A DNA stretch of 64,000 bases from a bacterium. Its GTDB lineage: Bacteria > SZUA-182 > DTGQ01 > JAFGSM01. Made by a program: the position numbers and the translations under genes. The notes under the pieces were generated by a model. It was not told where the DNA came from, searched no databases, and was given only the letters and a program-made list of their open reading frames with translations. The stretch is taken from the NCBI GenBank assembly GCA_049472315.1, contig JBLIRN010000004.1, positions 17,108-81,107 on the forward strand. Direction: 5' to 3'. This document shows positions 19,146 to 29,318 of this stretch, one piece after another; position 1 is the stretch's first letter, and each line of letters starts with the position of its first letter.

Positions 19146-19526
19146 TCATACCTTGTCATTTCTCTCAAGGACTTCTCTGACCACCCGCTTCAATTCCTCG
19201 ATTTGAATGGATTTGCTCAGGAATTCAAAGGCACCCAACAACTTTGCCTTGTTTACATTTTCCTTGCCGGTGTATGCGGTAATGACAACGACCTTGAGAT
19301 CGGGTCGGTTCTGCTCAATATAATCCAGGAATTCCATACCGCTCATCTTTGGCATCTTGAGATCCGTCAAGATAAGGTCGAAATCCTCATTTTCGATGGA
19401 GGACAAGGCACTCCTGCCATCTGTGGCTGTCTTTACCTCGTACCCCTCATCCTCGAGGATATCCTGCAAAACAGCCCTCATACCCACATCGTCGTCGATA
19501 AGAAGGATACGTTTGGCGGCCATCAT
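19146..19526 (-). CDS. Single-domain response regulator (CheY-like receiver)
   Basis: ILLIDDD, DLILTDLKMPKMSG, ITAY, FLSK; SD AGGAGG. Confidence 0.93.
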   Translation of the reverse strand: MMAAKRILLIDDDVGMRAVLQDILEDEGYEVKTATDGRSALSSIENEDFDLILTDLKMPKMSGMEFLDYIEQNRPDLKVVVITAYTGKENVNKAKLLGAFEFLSKSIQIEELKRVVREVLERNDKV

Positions 19527-19722
19527 CTACCTCCTATACAATTCAAAAAGGTGCGGCTTCCCTTTCTTCGTGTTTTCGACAGTTCCCCCCCCCTCTCAAC
19601 GCACTCCTCAATCTGGCGAGGTCGATGAGATGAAACCACCAGGAGGAATCGTACCCCTACTCGGGCTATACCCGTTATATGCAAATGGCACAGAATAAAA
19701 AATGGCAATACAATTTAATGGT

Positions 19723-19751
19723 ATAATGACCTAAAAAAAGGGGATTGTCAA
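19723..19751 (-). promoter_or_regulatory. sigma70-type promoter for the response regulator
   Basis: TTGACA (19751-19746) - N17 - CATTAT (19728-19723). Confidence 0.5.
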
Positions 19752-19893
19752 GATGAAATAATCGCATGGGGGTCCTTACAGGTGTATTGGTGCACTTTTT
19801 GTTACCCCCCATGAGCCTTATGGAGTCTCCCTGGCACCCATGTAGTGAACATGGCGGAGGCAGTATACATGTACCGCACAGAGTGCAGAGGCA

Positions 19894-20274
19894 CTATTCC
19901 GGCGACTCGAAAATCACCATGGCGATCGCCTGTGGATCATCGTGGGTGATGGAGAGGTGCGTCCTGGTAATGCCCATCTGCCTCATGAGGATTGCCGCCC
20001 GCCCATGCATGGCAAGGTGCGGCCGGCCGGAGCTGCAATGGGTGACCTCGATATCAGACCATCCGACCCCCCCGATGCCATCGCCGAACGCCTTTCTCGC
20101 CGCCTCTTTTGCCGCAAAGATGCCGGCAAGGTGCGGGAAGGGATTCCTCTTTTTATCGGCGTACGCCCTTTCATCCGTAGTGAATATTCGATTCATAAAG
20201 GCGTCGCCCAGGCGCGTGCAGGCCCGTCTGATTCTCTCGATGGCAATCAGGTCAATGCCGATGCCTCGTATCAT
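19894..20274 (-). CDS. acpS: Holo-[acyl-carrier-protein] synthase
   Basis: GIGIDL, FAAKEA, GRP, LSITHD. Confidence 0.95.
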   Translation of the reverse strand: MIRGIGIDLIAIERIRRACTRLGDAFMNRIFTTDERAYADKKRNPFPHLAGIFAAKEAARKAFGDGIGGVGWSDIEVTHCSSGRPHLAMHGRAAILMRQMGITRTHLSITHDDPQAIAMVIFESPE

Positions 20275-22324
20275 GCCCTGTTCTCCTTCTCCTCCGCGTG
20301 TCCTGTCGTCCCCCTGAATGGATTTCGGCGGTCATTGACGTGTTTCCGGCAAGTGCCGCGATCTCATCCCGAATCCTGGCCGCCTCTTCAAATCGCAGTT
20401 CCCGCGCATATGCCTCCATCCTTTTTCGCAGGCGGGCGGCATAGTCCCCGACAGATTCCCTGTCAGCCCGGTAGGGTATACCCTCCTCCTTGACCAGGCT
20501 GGGGGTGTAGTAGTCCGCCTCGTATATCGACTGCAGGAGATCACCGATCGATTTCCTGATGGACTCCGGGGTGATGCGGTGTTCCCGATTATATGCCATC
20601 TGCATCTGCCTGCGCCGCTGCGTCTCCTCGATCGCGCTCCGCATTGAAGGGGTGATGCGGTCGGCATACATCAGCACCTGCCCGTTCACGTTCCGTGCCG
20701 CCCTCCCGGCGGTCTGGATGAGGGAGGTGGTGGAGCGGAGGAAGCCCTCCTTATCCGCATCCAGTATCGCCACCAGAGATACCTCGGGCAAATCGAGGCC
20801 CTCCCTGAGCAGGTTCACCCCGATGAGACAATCAAACCTCCCCATGCGAAGGTCCCGCAGGATCTCCGTTCGTTCGATGGTGTCGATTTCGGAATGGAGA
20901 TAGCGGACCCTGAGGTCCAGATTCTGGTAGTATTCGGTCAGATCCTCCGCCATCCTCTTGGTCAGCGTGGTCACCAGCACGCGCTCGTTCCGCCCGATCC
21001 TGGACCTGATCTCTGCAAGGAGATCCTCCACCTGATTGGCAGCGGGTCTGACAATGAGTTCCGGGTCCATAAGCCCGGTGGGCCGGATGATCTGTTCCAC
21101 CACCCTCCCCTGCGCCATGATCAGTTCATACTCGGCTGGGGTGGCCGAGACATAGATGCACTGGTGCACCTTCGCGGAGAATTCGTCAAAACTGAGCGGA
21201 CGGTTGTCATAGGCGGAGGGGAGACGGAAGCCGAACTCCACCAGGCTCTTTTTCCGCGATCGATCACCCTCGAGCATTCCACGCACCTGGGGGATGGTCA
21301 CATGGGATTCATCGATGATCACCAGTTTATCCGGAGGAAAATAGTCTATGAGGGTATGGGGCGGTTCACCCGAGCCTCGTCCGTCCAGATGACGGGAATA
21401 GTTCTCTATCCCGTGGCAATAGCCGATCTCCTGCATCATCTCCAGATCATACCGGGTCCTCTGCTCCAGCCGCTGCGCCTCCAGGAGTTTCCCTTCGTCC
21501 CTCAACACACGCAGCCGCACGGCGAGTTCTTCGCGTATGCCCTCCACCGCCCGCAGCATCTTCTCCCTGGGGAGGACATAGTGACTGTTGGGATAGATGA
21601 ACACGCGATTCAGTGGCTGCTTCTTCATCCCGGTCACAGGGTCCAGGGAATGGAGCACCTCCACTTCATCCCCGAACAAGCCTATGCGAATCGCCTCAAA
21701 TCCGTATGCAGGGAATATCTCCACCACATCACCCCGCACCCGGAAGGTGCCCCGCCTGAAATCGATGTCATTCCGCTCGTACTGCATGCGCACGAATTCC
21801 TCCAGGATGCTGCGCCGGTCAATGGCCTGTCCCTTTTCCAGGACAAAGCTCATATGAAGATATTCCTCGGGGGAGCCGAGGCCGTAGATGCAGGAAACGC
21901 TCGCCACCACGATCACGTCGCGCCGGTCCAGGAGGGAACGGGTGGCTGAATGCCTCATCCGGTCGATATCCTCGTTGATGGAGGAATCCTTTTCGATGTA
22001 GGTGTCCGTGTGTGGTATGTACGCCTCCGGTTGATAGTAATCGTAGTAGCTGACAAAGTACTCTACCGCATTATCGGGGAAAAAGGCCTTGCATTCCGCA
22101 TAGAGCTGGGCTGCCAGTGTCTTGTTATGGGAGATGATGAGGGTGGGCCGCTGAACCCTCTCGATGAGGTTGGCCATGGTAAACGTCTTGCCTGAGCCGG
22201 TGACACCCAGGAGTACCACATGGGGAGAGCCTGAGAGAACCTCCCGGACGATCAATGTGATGGCCTGTATTTGGTCCCCCTGTGGTTGGAACGGGGACAC
22301 CAATCTGAATGGTGACATGCTCAT
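20252..22324 (-). CDS. uvrB: Excinuclease ABC subunit B
   Basis: [61 protein letters not shown] tail FEEAARIRD. Start placed at ATG 22324 after SD-like AAAGGGG (track start 22351). Confidence 0.97.
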   Translation of the reverse strand: MSMSPFRLVSPFQPQGDQIQAITLIVREVLSGSPHVVLLGVTGSGKTFTMANLIERVQRPTLIISHNKTLAAQLYAECKAFFPDNAVEYFVSYYDYYQPEAYIPHTDTYIEKDSSINEDIDRMRHSATRSLLDRRDVIVVASVSCIYGLGSPEEYLHMSFVLEKGQAIDRRSILEEFVRMQYERNDIDFRRGTFRVRGDVVEIFPAYGFEAIRIGLFGDEVEVLHSLDPVTGMKKQPLNRVFIYPNSHYVLPREKMLRAVEGIREELAVRLRVLRDEGKLLEAQRLEQRTRYDLEMMQEIGYCHGIENYSRHLDGRGSGEPPHTLIDYFPPDKLVIIDESHVTIPQVRGMLEGDRSRKKSLVEFGFRLPSAYDNRPLSFDEFSAKVHQCIYVSATPAEYELIMAQGRVVEQIIRPTGLMDPELIVRPAANQVEDLLAEIRSRIGRNERVLVTTLTKRMAEDLTEYYQNLDLRVRYLHSEIDTIERTEILRDLRMGRFDCLIGVNLLREGLDLPEVSLVAILDADKEGFLRSTTSLIQTAGRAARNVNGQVLMYADRITPSMRSAIEETQRRRQMQMAYNREHRITPESIRKSIGDLLQSIYEADYYTPSLVKEEGIPYRADRESVGDYAARLRKRMEAYARELRFEEAARIRDEIAALAGNTSMTAEIHSGGRQDTRRRRRTGHDTRHRH

Positions 22325-22433
22325 CCGCCCCTTTGCAGCGCACGATTCCAAGCGTATCCGGATTCAATCGTGTGGGTTGCCATGAATCCCCTCCATCGCC
22401 TCCCCGCGTGTGCATGAATCAATGTGGATCCTA

Positions 22434-22985
22434 TCAGTGCGGGCGTCGCGTCCACCAATGCACCCCGATGAGGGCAACGGCACAAAACAGCAGAACCAGG
22501 GCCCAGCGGATCTTCTGTGACGACAGGGAATGCGCAACAGGATACCCCGGGTGCACCATGGTGATCCTACCGGCATGGATGTCGGTTTCACCACCATGGG
22601 CCCTGCAGGCACGATAAAAGGTACCCTCAACCTTTATTATATCACCCTGTGTCTTATATCCACCCACATACTTCATTGTGGGCATGATCCCCCTGGGAGC
22701 CCATACCCCGATGCTCTCGGTTCCGTCATCCACATTGAGCCATACCCCGGTGCTGCGCTTCATGACGTCGCCGACCACCTCTCCCTGTATGGTAATCTCC
22801 CGGCCGTCGTAAACCTTCTTGTCATTGACCAGCCGGGTGATGGGAACCATTCCTGCACATGCATCGGAGAGGAGGATAGACTGCAAAAGGGGCAATGCCG
22901 CCAGCATGACCAGGGCAAGGCAGGATAGTACACAGAGGACCCGGAACCTCCTTCCGGAGCATGGAGATATCCCTGTGTGGTTCAT
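22434..22985 (-). CDS. Membrane-anchored OB-fold hypothetical protein
   Basis: N-terminal TM/signal, EITIQGEVVGD...VWLNVDDGT...GDIIKVEGTF OB-fold-like pattern, C-terminal TM; overlaps trkH stop. Confidence 0.7.
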   Translation of the reverse strand: MNHTGISPCSGRRFRVLCVLSCLALVMLAALPLLQSILLSDACAGMVPITRLVNDKKVYDGREITIQGEVVGDVMKRSTGVWLNVDDGTESIGVWAPRGIMPTMKYVGGYKTQGDIIKVEGTFYRACRAHGGETDIHAGRITMVHPGYPVAHSLSSQKIRWALVLLFCAVALIGVHWWTRRPH

Positions 22986-24484
22986 CGAACCCCCCCTATG
23001 ATGCTTCCGATAAACCCAAAAAGGGCAAAGAGGGCCATGAATTCAAGCCTGCCCGCCCACATGGCAAAGATGTACACCACCTTGATCAAGGCGGGCATCG
23101 CCGGAAGGGTAAGACCGCAGCTCAGCCCGGTGTTGCTCGCTGCGGACACCCCTTCGAACATGGCCTCCATAAAGGGATACCCCTCCGATACCGCAACGAA
23201 GGTCGACAGCAGGTAGAGCCCGATATAGGAGAGAACGATCAGCATGACCATCCGGATGTATTCATCCGTGAGCACGGTGTCCCTGATGTGATGGAATTTT
23301 TGTACCAGTACGGAGGACTCGGGAGAGATGAGGCGGCGGATATTCTCCACCAGCCCGGTGAAAATCACCCCTATCCTCAGGTTCTTGAATCCGCCTGCGG
23401 TTGAGCAGGCGCTTCCCCCGATGGTCATGGCTATGATAAGCCCCAGGTAGGAGAGGAATCCCCACTCCCCCAGCCAGGTTGAGCTGTAAATGGTCATGTT
23501 TCCCGTGGTGGTATGGGCGGAGGCGAGATGATAGAATCCCCTCCTCCATGATGCCCATAGGGTGGGATATACCCCCAGCCGTTCCAGCCCGAAAAGGACA
23601 AAGGCGGAGGTGATGAGCACGGTGCAGGTGAAGGAGATGATCTCCAGGTTGCGGAAGATCTCGCGATAGTCCACGTGCCAGATGGTGAAGTGGAGGGCGA
23701 AATTCATCGATCCGGCAACGAAGATCACCAAGGTGACCGTCTCAATGATCGCGGAGTGGTAGTACATGAGGTTCTGCGACATAGGGGCGAAACCGCCGGT
23801 GCTCCATGCGCCCATGAAAAGCCAGAGGCTGTGGAAAAACCCGCGTATCCATCCCATGCCGGCGAAACGCGCCAAGACGGTCAGGATAACGGTTCCCACG
23901 CTCATATAGGCGAGGCTGATGAGCCAGATGACCCGCGCAGTATGGATCACATTGGGCAGAAGGCGCTCGTCCTTACCCTCCCCCACGTAAAGGGTGTAGG
24001 TGCCGGCGAATCCCTTCATGGCAAAGGTAAGGGCGACCACGATGATCCCCTGTCCTCCAACATAGGAGAGGAGATGCCGCCACATGTTGAGGCCGTTAGA
24101 GGTATGGTTGAGGTTCTGAATAAGATAGAGCCCGGTGGTGGTATACCCGCTCATCACGTCAAAGCAGGCATCCAGATAGGAACCGTACTGCCCGCTCAAC
24201 CACGAGGGGACCGCCCCCAGGCAGGTCGCGATAAACCAGGAGACGGAGGCGATCACCATGCCCAATGTCCAGTTGATCTCCTTCTGGGCGGAGGTGAACA
24301 GCTGCAGTCCCAGTCCGACGATGATACAGAGGGAAAGACCGATCAGGAAATCCAGCACCACCGGCCATTCACCGAACAGGCATGCGGTCAGCGCAGGTAC
24401 GATCATGAGCAGCCCTACGCCCACGGTGATCTTACCGGTATAAAACCCGATGGTGGTATAGTCTGAACCGATCGGCTTAAACAT
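22982..24484 (-). CDS. trkH: Trk/Ktr potassium uptake membrane subunit
   Basis: Multi-TM; four pore motifs SGYTTTG, WSTGG, HTTTG, SNTG; GGSACSTAGG; GRLE. Confidence 0.93.
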   Translation of the reverse strand: MFKPIGSDYTTIGFYTGKITVGVGLLMIVPALTACLFGEWPVVLDFLIGLSLCIIVGLGLQLFTSAQKEINWTLGMVIASVSWFIATCLGAVPSWLSGQYGSYLDACFDVMSGYTTTGLYLIQNLNHTSNGLNMWRHLLSYVGGQGIIVVALTFAMKGFAGTYTLYVGEGKDERLLPNVIHTARVIWLISLAYMSVGTVILTVLARFAGMGWIRGFFHSLWLFMGAWSTGGFAPMSQNLMYYHSAIIETVTLVIFVAGSMNFALHFTIWHVDYREIFRNLEIISFTCTVLITSAFVLFGLERLGVYPTLWASWRRGFYHLASAHTTTGNMTIYSSTWLGEWGFLSYLGLIIAMTIGGSACSTAGGFKNLRIGVIFTGLVENIRRLISPESSVLVQKFHHIRDTVLTDEYIRMVMLIVLSYIGLYLLSTFVAVSEGYPFMEAMFEGVSAASNTGLSCGLTLPAMPALIKVVYIFAMWAGRLEFMALFALFGFIGSIIGGVR

Positions 24485-24486
24485 CT

Positions 24487-24624
24487 TTACGCGAGCAGCA
24501 GGTGAAAGAAAAGGGCCATGACCAGGGTAAGGAGCACGAGGATGACCGAAAACAGGGATTCCACCAGCATTCCCTTGAGGGAGTGAACAACCTTCCCCTT
24601 CAATCTCAGCCGTAGCATTGCCAT
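24487..24624 (-). CDS. Small single-TM protein, 45 aa
   Basis: MAMLRLRLKGKVVHSLKGMLVESLFSVILVLLTLVMALFFHLLLA*; ATG 7 nt after the trkA stop with AAAGG upstream; stop 2 nt before trkH start. Confidence 0.6.
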   Translation of the reverse strand: MAMLRLRLKGKVVHSLKGMLVESLFSVILVLLTLVMALFFHLLLA

Positions 24625-24631
24625 GTACCTT

Positions 24632-25306
24632 TCAGGGGAGTTCCTCGATCTTTCCCACCAGAAGATCAAAAAGCTCCCGTTCGTTCTCTATGGAGGTGAG
24701 GGCGATCACGTCATCCTGTGGTTTCAGAACGGTGACCCCTTTCGGGATAATCACGTCGTTTCCTCGAAGTATGGAGACCACCACCGAATTGGCGGGAAGG
24801 CGTATCTCCTGCAGGCTCTTGTTGGCAACGGGTGAATCCTCGGTCAAAGATACCCGGATCACCGAAAGCTTCCCTTTCTTGAAGCTGAAGAGGGTAACCA
24901 GGTCACTCAGGGTGGCCTCCTCCTCGATGATCTTGGTCAGAATCGAGGTGCTGTTGATGGGGACATCGACACCCAGTTGCGAAAAGGGTCGCTCGTTTTC
25001 CGGGTCATTCACCCGTGCCAGTGTACGTTTGACCCGGAAGAATTGTTTTGCCAACTGGCAGGCGACGAGGTTGTTGGCATCGGAGCCGGTCACCGCGACA
25101 AACACGTCCGCCCTGGCGATCCCTGCATCCTCCAACACCCTTCCCTCACAGGCATCCCCATGGATAACCGTTATTCCCAGATCAGTGGCGATCGCATGAC
25201 ATATATCAGGATCCTTCTCAATCAGCACACAGTGATGCTGATCCCTGATCAGGGATTTGGCGAGGAAGTACCCGACCTTTCCCCCTCCCACCAGAATGAT
25301 GTTCAT
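24632..25306 (-). CDS. trkA: TrkA/KtrA family RCK_N-RCK_C regulatory subunit
   Basis: VGGGKVG, GDA, VAVTGSDANN, C-terminal RCK_C; ATG 25306 overlaps upstream stop (ATGA). Confidence 0.93.
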   Translation of the reverse strand: MNIILVGGGKVGYFLAKSLIRDQHHCVLIEKDPDICHAIATDLGITVIHGDACEGRVLEDAGIARADVFVAVTGSDANNLVACQLAKQFFRVKRTLARVNDPENERPFSQLGVDVPINSTSILTKIIEEEATLSDLVTLFSFKKGKLSVIRVSLTEDSPVANKSLQEIRLPANSVVVSILRGNDVIIPKGVTVLKPQDDVIALTSIENERELFDLLVGKIEELP

Positions 25307-25959
25307 TCCCCTTTGCCCCACAAAAGGTTATGGATGGCATCCCTTCCTTCCACCAGACCGACCCCCATGACCTCATCCCCCTCTTCCAATGTATAGTCGG
25401 GGAGCGGGAGGGTCATGCGCCCCCTGGTTTGCACCGTTATCACCGTAAACAGGCCGGGCCGGTTGAGGTCCCCCGCCGGCCTTCCCACCAGGGCGCCCTT
25501 GACCTCTATCGTGTGGAATTCAACCCGGTCCTGGCGGGGTGTCAGGAATTCCTCCACCCTGTTCTCCAGGAACCGGTCCCGGATCATCCGGGAGATCACC
25601 ATGGTACTGCTGATGATCTCGAGGCCCAGATGATGATAGGTTGCCGCCTTCTTGGGATCGTATACCCGTGCCACCGCCATGGGCACAGTATAGATCTGTT
25701 TCGCAATCTGAACGGCAATGATATTGGTGTTGTCATCGTTGGTGACTGCGGCCAGGGCATTGGCCTGTTTGATCCCGGCGCTTTCAAGGACTTCGCCGTT
25801 AAATCCGTTCCCCGTTACGGTCATGCCGTTAAATGCGGGACCCAGCCGCCGGAATGCCTGCGCCGACTTGTCAATCACCACCACGTCATGACCTTCGCCG
25901 GAAAGCATGATTGCCAACTCGGATCCCATTCGTCCACAGCCAACAATCAAGGTATACAT
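25303..25959 (-). CDS. trkA: TrkA/KtrA family regulatory subunit (second paralog)
   Basis: VGCGRMG, AVTNDDNTN, ARVYDP. Confidence 0.92.
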   Translation of the reverse strand: MYTLIVGCGRMGSELAIMLSGEGHDVVVIDKSAQAFRRLGPAFNGMTVTGNGFNGEVLESAGIKQANALAAVTNDDNTNIIAVQIAKQIYTVPMAVARVYDPKKAATYHHLGLEIISSTMVISRMIRDRFLENRVEEFLTPRQDRVEFHTIEVKGALVGRPAGDLNRPGLFTVITVQTRGRMTLPLPDYTLEEGDEVMGVGLVEGRDAIHNLLWGKGE

Positions 25960-26350
25960 CCTTACGCGCTCCTGTCCTCCGTATCATGTGACAGCCAATC
26001 CCTCATGGTCTCCGGCATCGGCCGAATCCCATTCAGTGGAAATCCGGGATAAAACGGAGTAATTGTAATGTATCTCATAAAAACAAGCAATACCCCCGCA
26101 TCCGTTTGCCACCTCTGCCTCCGTTCGCATTCGCTATGTTTACCCCCATTACACCTCCGTATCGCACCTGTCGGTTCTGATCAGTTTATGATCACCAATT
26201 CGAAGGAATGGTCATATTTTGACCGTGCCGGAATCGCCGCTGAGAACGATCCTTTCCTGGTTCACCCCTCAATGCCATGAGATCCCTTATTATTGCTCAT
26301 GATAGAGGCATGGTCTTCCGGCCGGAAGGAAGGCGCACAGGGGATGAAAT

Positions 26351-26366
26351 TGGCACCGTTTATGCG
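26351..26366 (+). promoter_or_regulatory. sigma54 (-24/-12) promoter
   Basis: TGGCACCGTTTATGCG: GG-N10-GC, about 100 bp upstream of 26465. Confidence 0.6.
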
Positions 26367-26464
26367 TTGGCATTCATTGACAAAAACCGGACAACCATCA
26401 ACAACAGGAAGTATGATTTTTGATCTTTGACATCTGATCACACGACGTTTCTCGGGGGGGTATT

Positions 26465-27517
26465 ATGCTGCGCACATCCACGGAATACAACCGGGCATTG
26501 GCTCTCGGCCTCTTCTTTATTTGTTTCATGCTGATTCTCTTTTCGTTGGGGGTGGAGGCGCTCTTTCCGTACTATGCCCCCATCTTCACCAATCCCTTGT
26601 ATCAAACGATTCAGTTGCCCTTTTCCTATCTGGGCACAGCTTCGAATGCCCAGACTCAAGCCAACAATGCCTCGGCCTTTTCCTACCAGGATTACTACGC
26701 GGCATATCCATATCTCCAGCAACAAGGCTGGACAACCTCCTCTTACGGGAATGGCACGGTCCAGGGGAACACCGGCAGCGGGTATGTCACAAACGGCTTG
26801 AATTACAGCACCGGCTTTACCGGTCAATCCGCAACAGGAATATACAAACCACCTACGCTTGCGACACTCTCATCGAGCACCTATCAAACGGTCTCGAACT
26901 ACGCCGCCTCCAATACCATAAACCAGCAGTACCAGACCGGGCTGGCACAGGCAGGGACCTACAATCCGCAAGGGGCCTATCTGCCCGCTGCACAGAACGG
27001 CTACTATGCACCCTCGCAGCAGTCATACTATCCCTATCAGGGTACCGTCTTCACTCAATATACTCAAAATCAACCCACTGTCTACTATCCTGCAGGCACT
27101 TACACCACAAGCCAGACCAACTCAACGGGCTACTATTATCCGAATTCCAACTACTGGCCGAATTCACAGATCACGATGCAGGAGCCGCCTGTTGACATAG
27201 CAGGGCTATACAGGGGGGCATGGGTGAGCGATACCACCGGGAGCTCCAAGGAAATCTGGGCAGATATCGACCAGACGGACGCGCAGGTGCAGGGGCAGAT
27301 CAAGCTGATGGGATATATTGTGGAGACCAAGGGGAAGACCAGTGTCTCCGGGACCGTCAACGGCAATACGGTCAGCCTTGATGTCAATCTCAATGGATCC
27401 GTTCTGAAAGTGGAGGGCACCGTTCAGGACAGCGGTGAGATTGTTGGCACCTATTCCGTGACGGGCTCCTCGGGCTCCATCATCGACGAGGGCAGCATAA
27501 CGTTCGAACCCCGGTAG
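26465..27517 (+). CDS. Secreted Tyr/Gln/Thr/Ser/Gly-rich low-complexity protein with C-terminal beta-rich domain
   Basis: Signal peptide (VEA|L); ~210 aa low complexity; globular tail starting PPVDIAGLYRGAWVS. Confidence 0.85.
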   Translation: MLRTSTEYNRALALGLFFICFMLILFSLGVEALFPYYAPIFTNPLYQTIQLPFSYLGTASNAQTQANNASAFSYQDYYAAYPYLQQQGWTTSSYGNGTVQGNTGSGYVTNGLNYSTGFTGQSATGIYKPPTLATLSSSTYQTVSNYAASNTINQQYQTGLAQAGTYNPQGAYLPAAQNGYYAPSQQSYYPYQGTVFTQYTQNQPTVYYPAGTYTTSQTNSTGYYYPNSNYWPNSQITMQEPPVDIAGLYRGAWVSDTTGSSKEIWADIDQTDAQVQGQIKLMGYIVETKGKTSVSGTVNGNTVSLDVNLNGSVLKVEGTVQDSGEIVGTYSVTGSSGSIIDEGSITFEPR

Positions 27518-27562
27518 CCGCTCCGGCACGGGGGTGACTCCGCGGCGGGTGAGGCTTCAGGC

Positions 27563-28972
27563 TCAGGGGTATGAAAGGATCTTCGTCAGATCCAGGTCAG
27601 GGCAGTATTCCCGCGCCACCTCTTCCGTTACCATCCCCTTTTTGTAGAGCTTCACCACGGAGTCCTGCATGGTGTGCATTTTGTATCTCCCGCCGGTCTG
27701 TATGGAAGAGGTGAGCTGCATGGTATTCCCTTCCCTGATGATGCTCTTGACCGCCTCGGAGATGATCAGCGCCTCGGTGGCTACCACGCGATCAGTCCCG
27801 TCATTTCGAGGCAACAGGGCCTGAGAGATGATACCTTGAAGACAGTTGCCTAGGGTGATGGATATCTGTTTCCGCTGCTGCACGGCAAACATGCTCATGA
27901 TCCTGTCGATCACCTGGATGCAATTCGGTGCATGCATGGAGGTGAGCACCAGGTGCCCGGTCTCCGCAGCGGTGATGGCGGTCTGGACCGATTCTGAATC
28001 CTGGAGTTCCCCAATGAGGATCACGTCCGGATCCTGGCGCAACGCCTCCTTGAGGGCCGTAGAGAACGAGGCGGTATCGGTTCCGATCTCCCTCTGTTTA
28101 ATAATGCTTCGTTTATTTTGATGGACATACTCAATCGGGTCCTCCAGGCAGATAATCACCGACTCCCTTTCCGTATTGATGAGATCGACCATCGCCGCCA
28201 GGGTGGTGGTCTTGCCGGCGCCGGTGGGTCCTGCGATGATGACGACCCCTTTCCGCTTGCGGGCAAGATCGGCAACCACATCCGGAAGGCCGAGTTCGGC
28301 TATCGACCTGATTCCGGGCATGATCGTCCGAAAGGTCGCCTCCACATTTCCCCGCTGCATGTGGATATTGACCCGGAACCTCTTTTCCGGGTCGGGGGAG
28401 AATGCAAAATCCAGTTCCTTACATTTCTCGAATCGTTTTATCTGCTCATCGGTGAGGATACTGTAAATAAGCGCCTTGAGATCATCCTTGTACAATGCCT
28501 CCATATCGAGGGGTACGAGGTGCCCGCAGATTCTCAGGATGGGTGGCCGGCCATAGGTGAGATGCAGATCGGAGGCCCTCTCGCTGTGTGCCAGGTTGAG
28601 AAGCCGAACGATATCCACCGTCTCTATATGCCGCTTTATCCTTTCACGGTCACCACCGTCGATCTGCTCAAATCGTACCCCGATATCGTAGGTGTGGCCG
28701 AAATGTATCTCTTCTATCCGTGCGACCTTTCCAAGAATGCACACCTCGTGATCGATTCCCGGAATGGTAAAGAATAGCTTCAACCGTTGCCCGAGACACA
28801 AGAGCTCCGGGACCTCAAAGAGCACCCCATTCGTGCTGATATCCTTGGAAAGGGATTCATGTGATTCATTCTCCACAATGCCGTCGGATACCTTGTGGTA
28901 CCGGATGGGTATCCTTGTCTTAACCCGCGCAGCCTCACGTATGTCCCTTTTATTCATATTCGAATGACCCAT
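27563..28972 (-). CDS. PilZ domain fused to a PilT/PilU-family type IV pilus retraction ATPase
   Basis: N-terminal REAAR (RxxxR) and DISTNG; then ASDLHL, GPTGAGKTT, EDPIEY, ALRQDPDVILIGE, GHLVLTSMH. Confidence 0.92.
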   Translation of the reverse strand: MGHSNMNKRDIREAARVKTRIPIRYHKVSDGIVENESHESLSKDISTNGVLFEVPELLCLGQRLKLFFTIPGIDHEVCILGKVARIEEIHFGHTYDIGVRFEQIDGGDRERIKRHIETVDIVRLLNLAHSERASDLHLTYGRPPILRICGHLVPLDMEALYKDDLKALIYSILTDEQIKRFEKCKELDFAFSPDPEKRFRVNIHMQRGNVEATFRTIMPGIRSIAELGLPDVVADLARKRKGVVIIAGPTGAGKTTTLAAMVDLINTERESVIICLEDPIEYVHQNKRSIIKQREIGTDTASFSTALKEALRQDPDVILIGELQDSESVQTAITAAETGHLVLTSMHAPNCIQVIDRIMSMFAVQQRKQISITLGNCLQGIISQALLPRNDGTDRVVATEALIISEAVKSIIREGNTMQLTSSIQTGGRYKMHTMQDSVVKLYKKGMVTEEVAREYCPDLDLTKILSYP

Positions 28973-29222
28973 TGCCCCCGGCGCCCTTCTCTGCCGGTCA
29001 TTCCCCCGTGGCCAGGGGACTCACCGTTGACGCCATGAATCCATCCACCTGAACACCCCTACATTCTACCCATTCAGGGAGAAGGAAGGGAAGATAATTT
29101 TTGTGATGTGCGGACAAAATACCCGTGCATGTTTCATATTTAATTATCGGAAAATAAAGAAAAAATGACCGAATAGGGGTAATTGCTCACTGTCTTGCCG
29201 GAGGGTGAGTTAATAGGTTGGT

Positions 29223-29314
29223 CTGACAGGGTTTGGTTGGGAGAAGTCACGGGCACATTATGTGACCGGAAAGCGCTTCATAGTGCGTCGCTGCGCGACG
29301 CCTGGCAAGCTTGG
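29223..29314 (-). repeat. One full and one partial copy of a ~77-bp repeat family (also at 33189-33372)
   Basis: Minus strand CCAAGCTTGCCAGG-cgtcgcgcagcgacg-CACTATGAA-...TCCGGTCAC...GTGACTTC; partial next unit CCAAACCCTGTCAG begins 78 nt later. Confidence 0.75.
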
Positions 29315-29318
29315 TGTG

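Noticed and set aside
25960-26200. c-di-AMP (ydaO) riboswitch expected upstream of the K+ transporter genes
   Set aside because: A GCGGGGG is present but the other conserved elements (GCTGAA, GGGGTGAA, CCCGTCAGCT) are absent.
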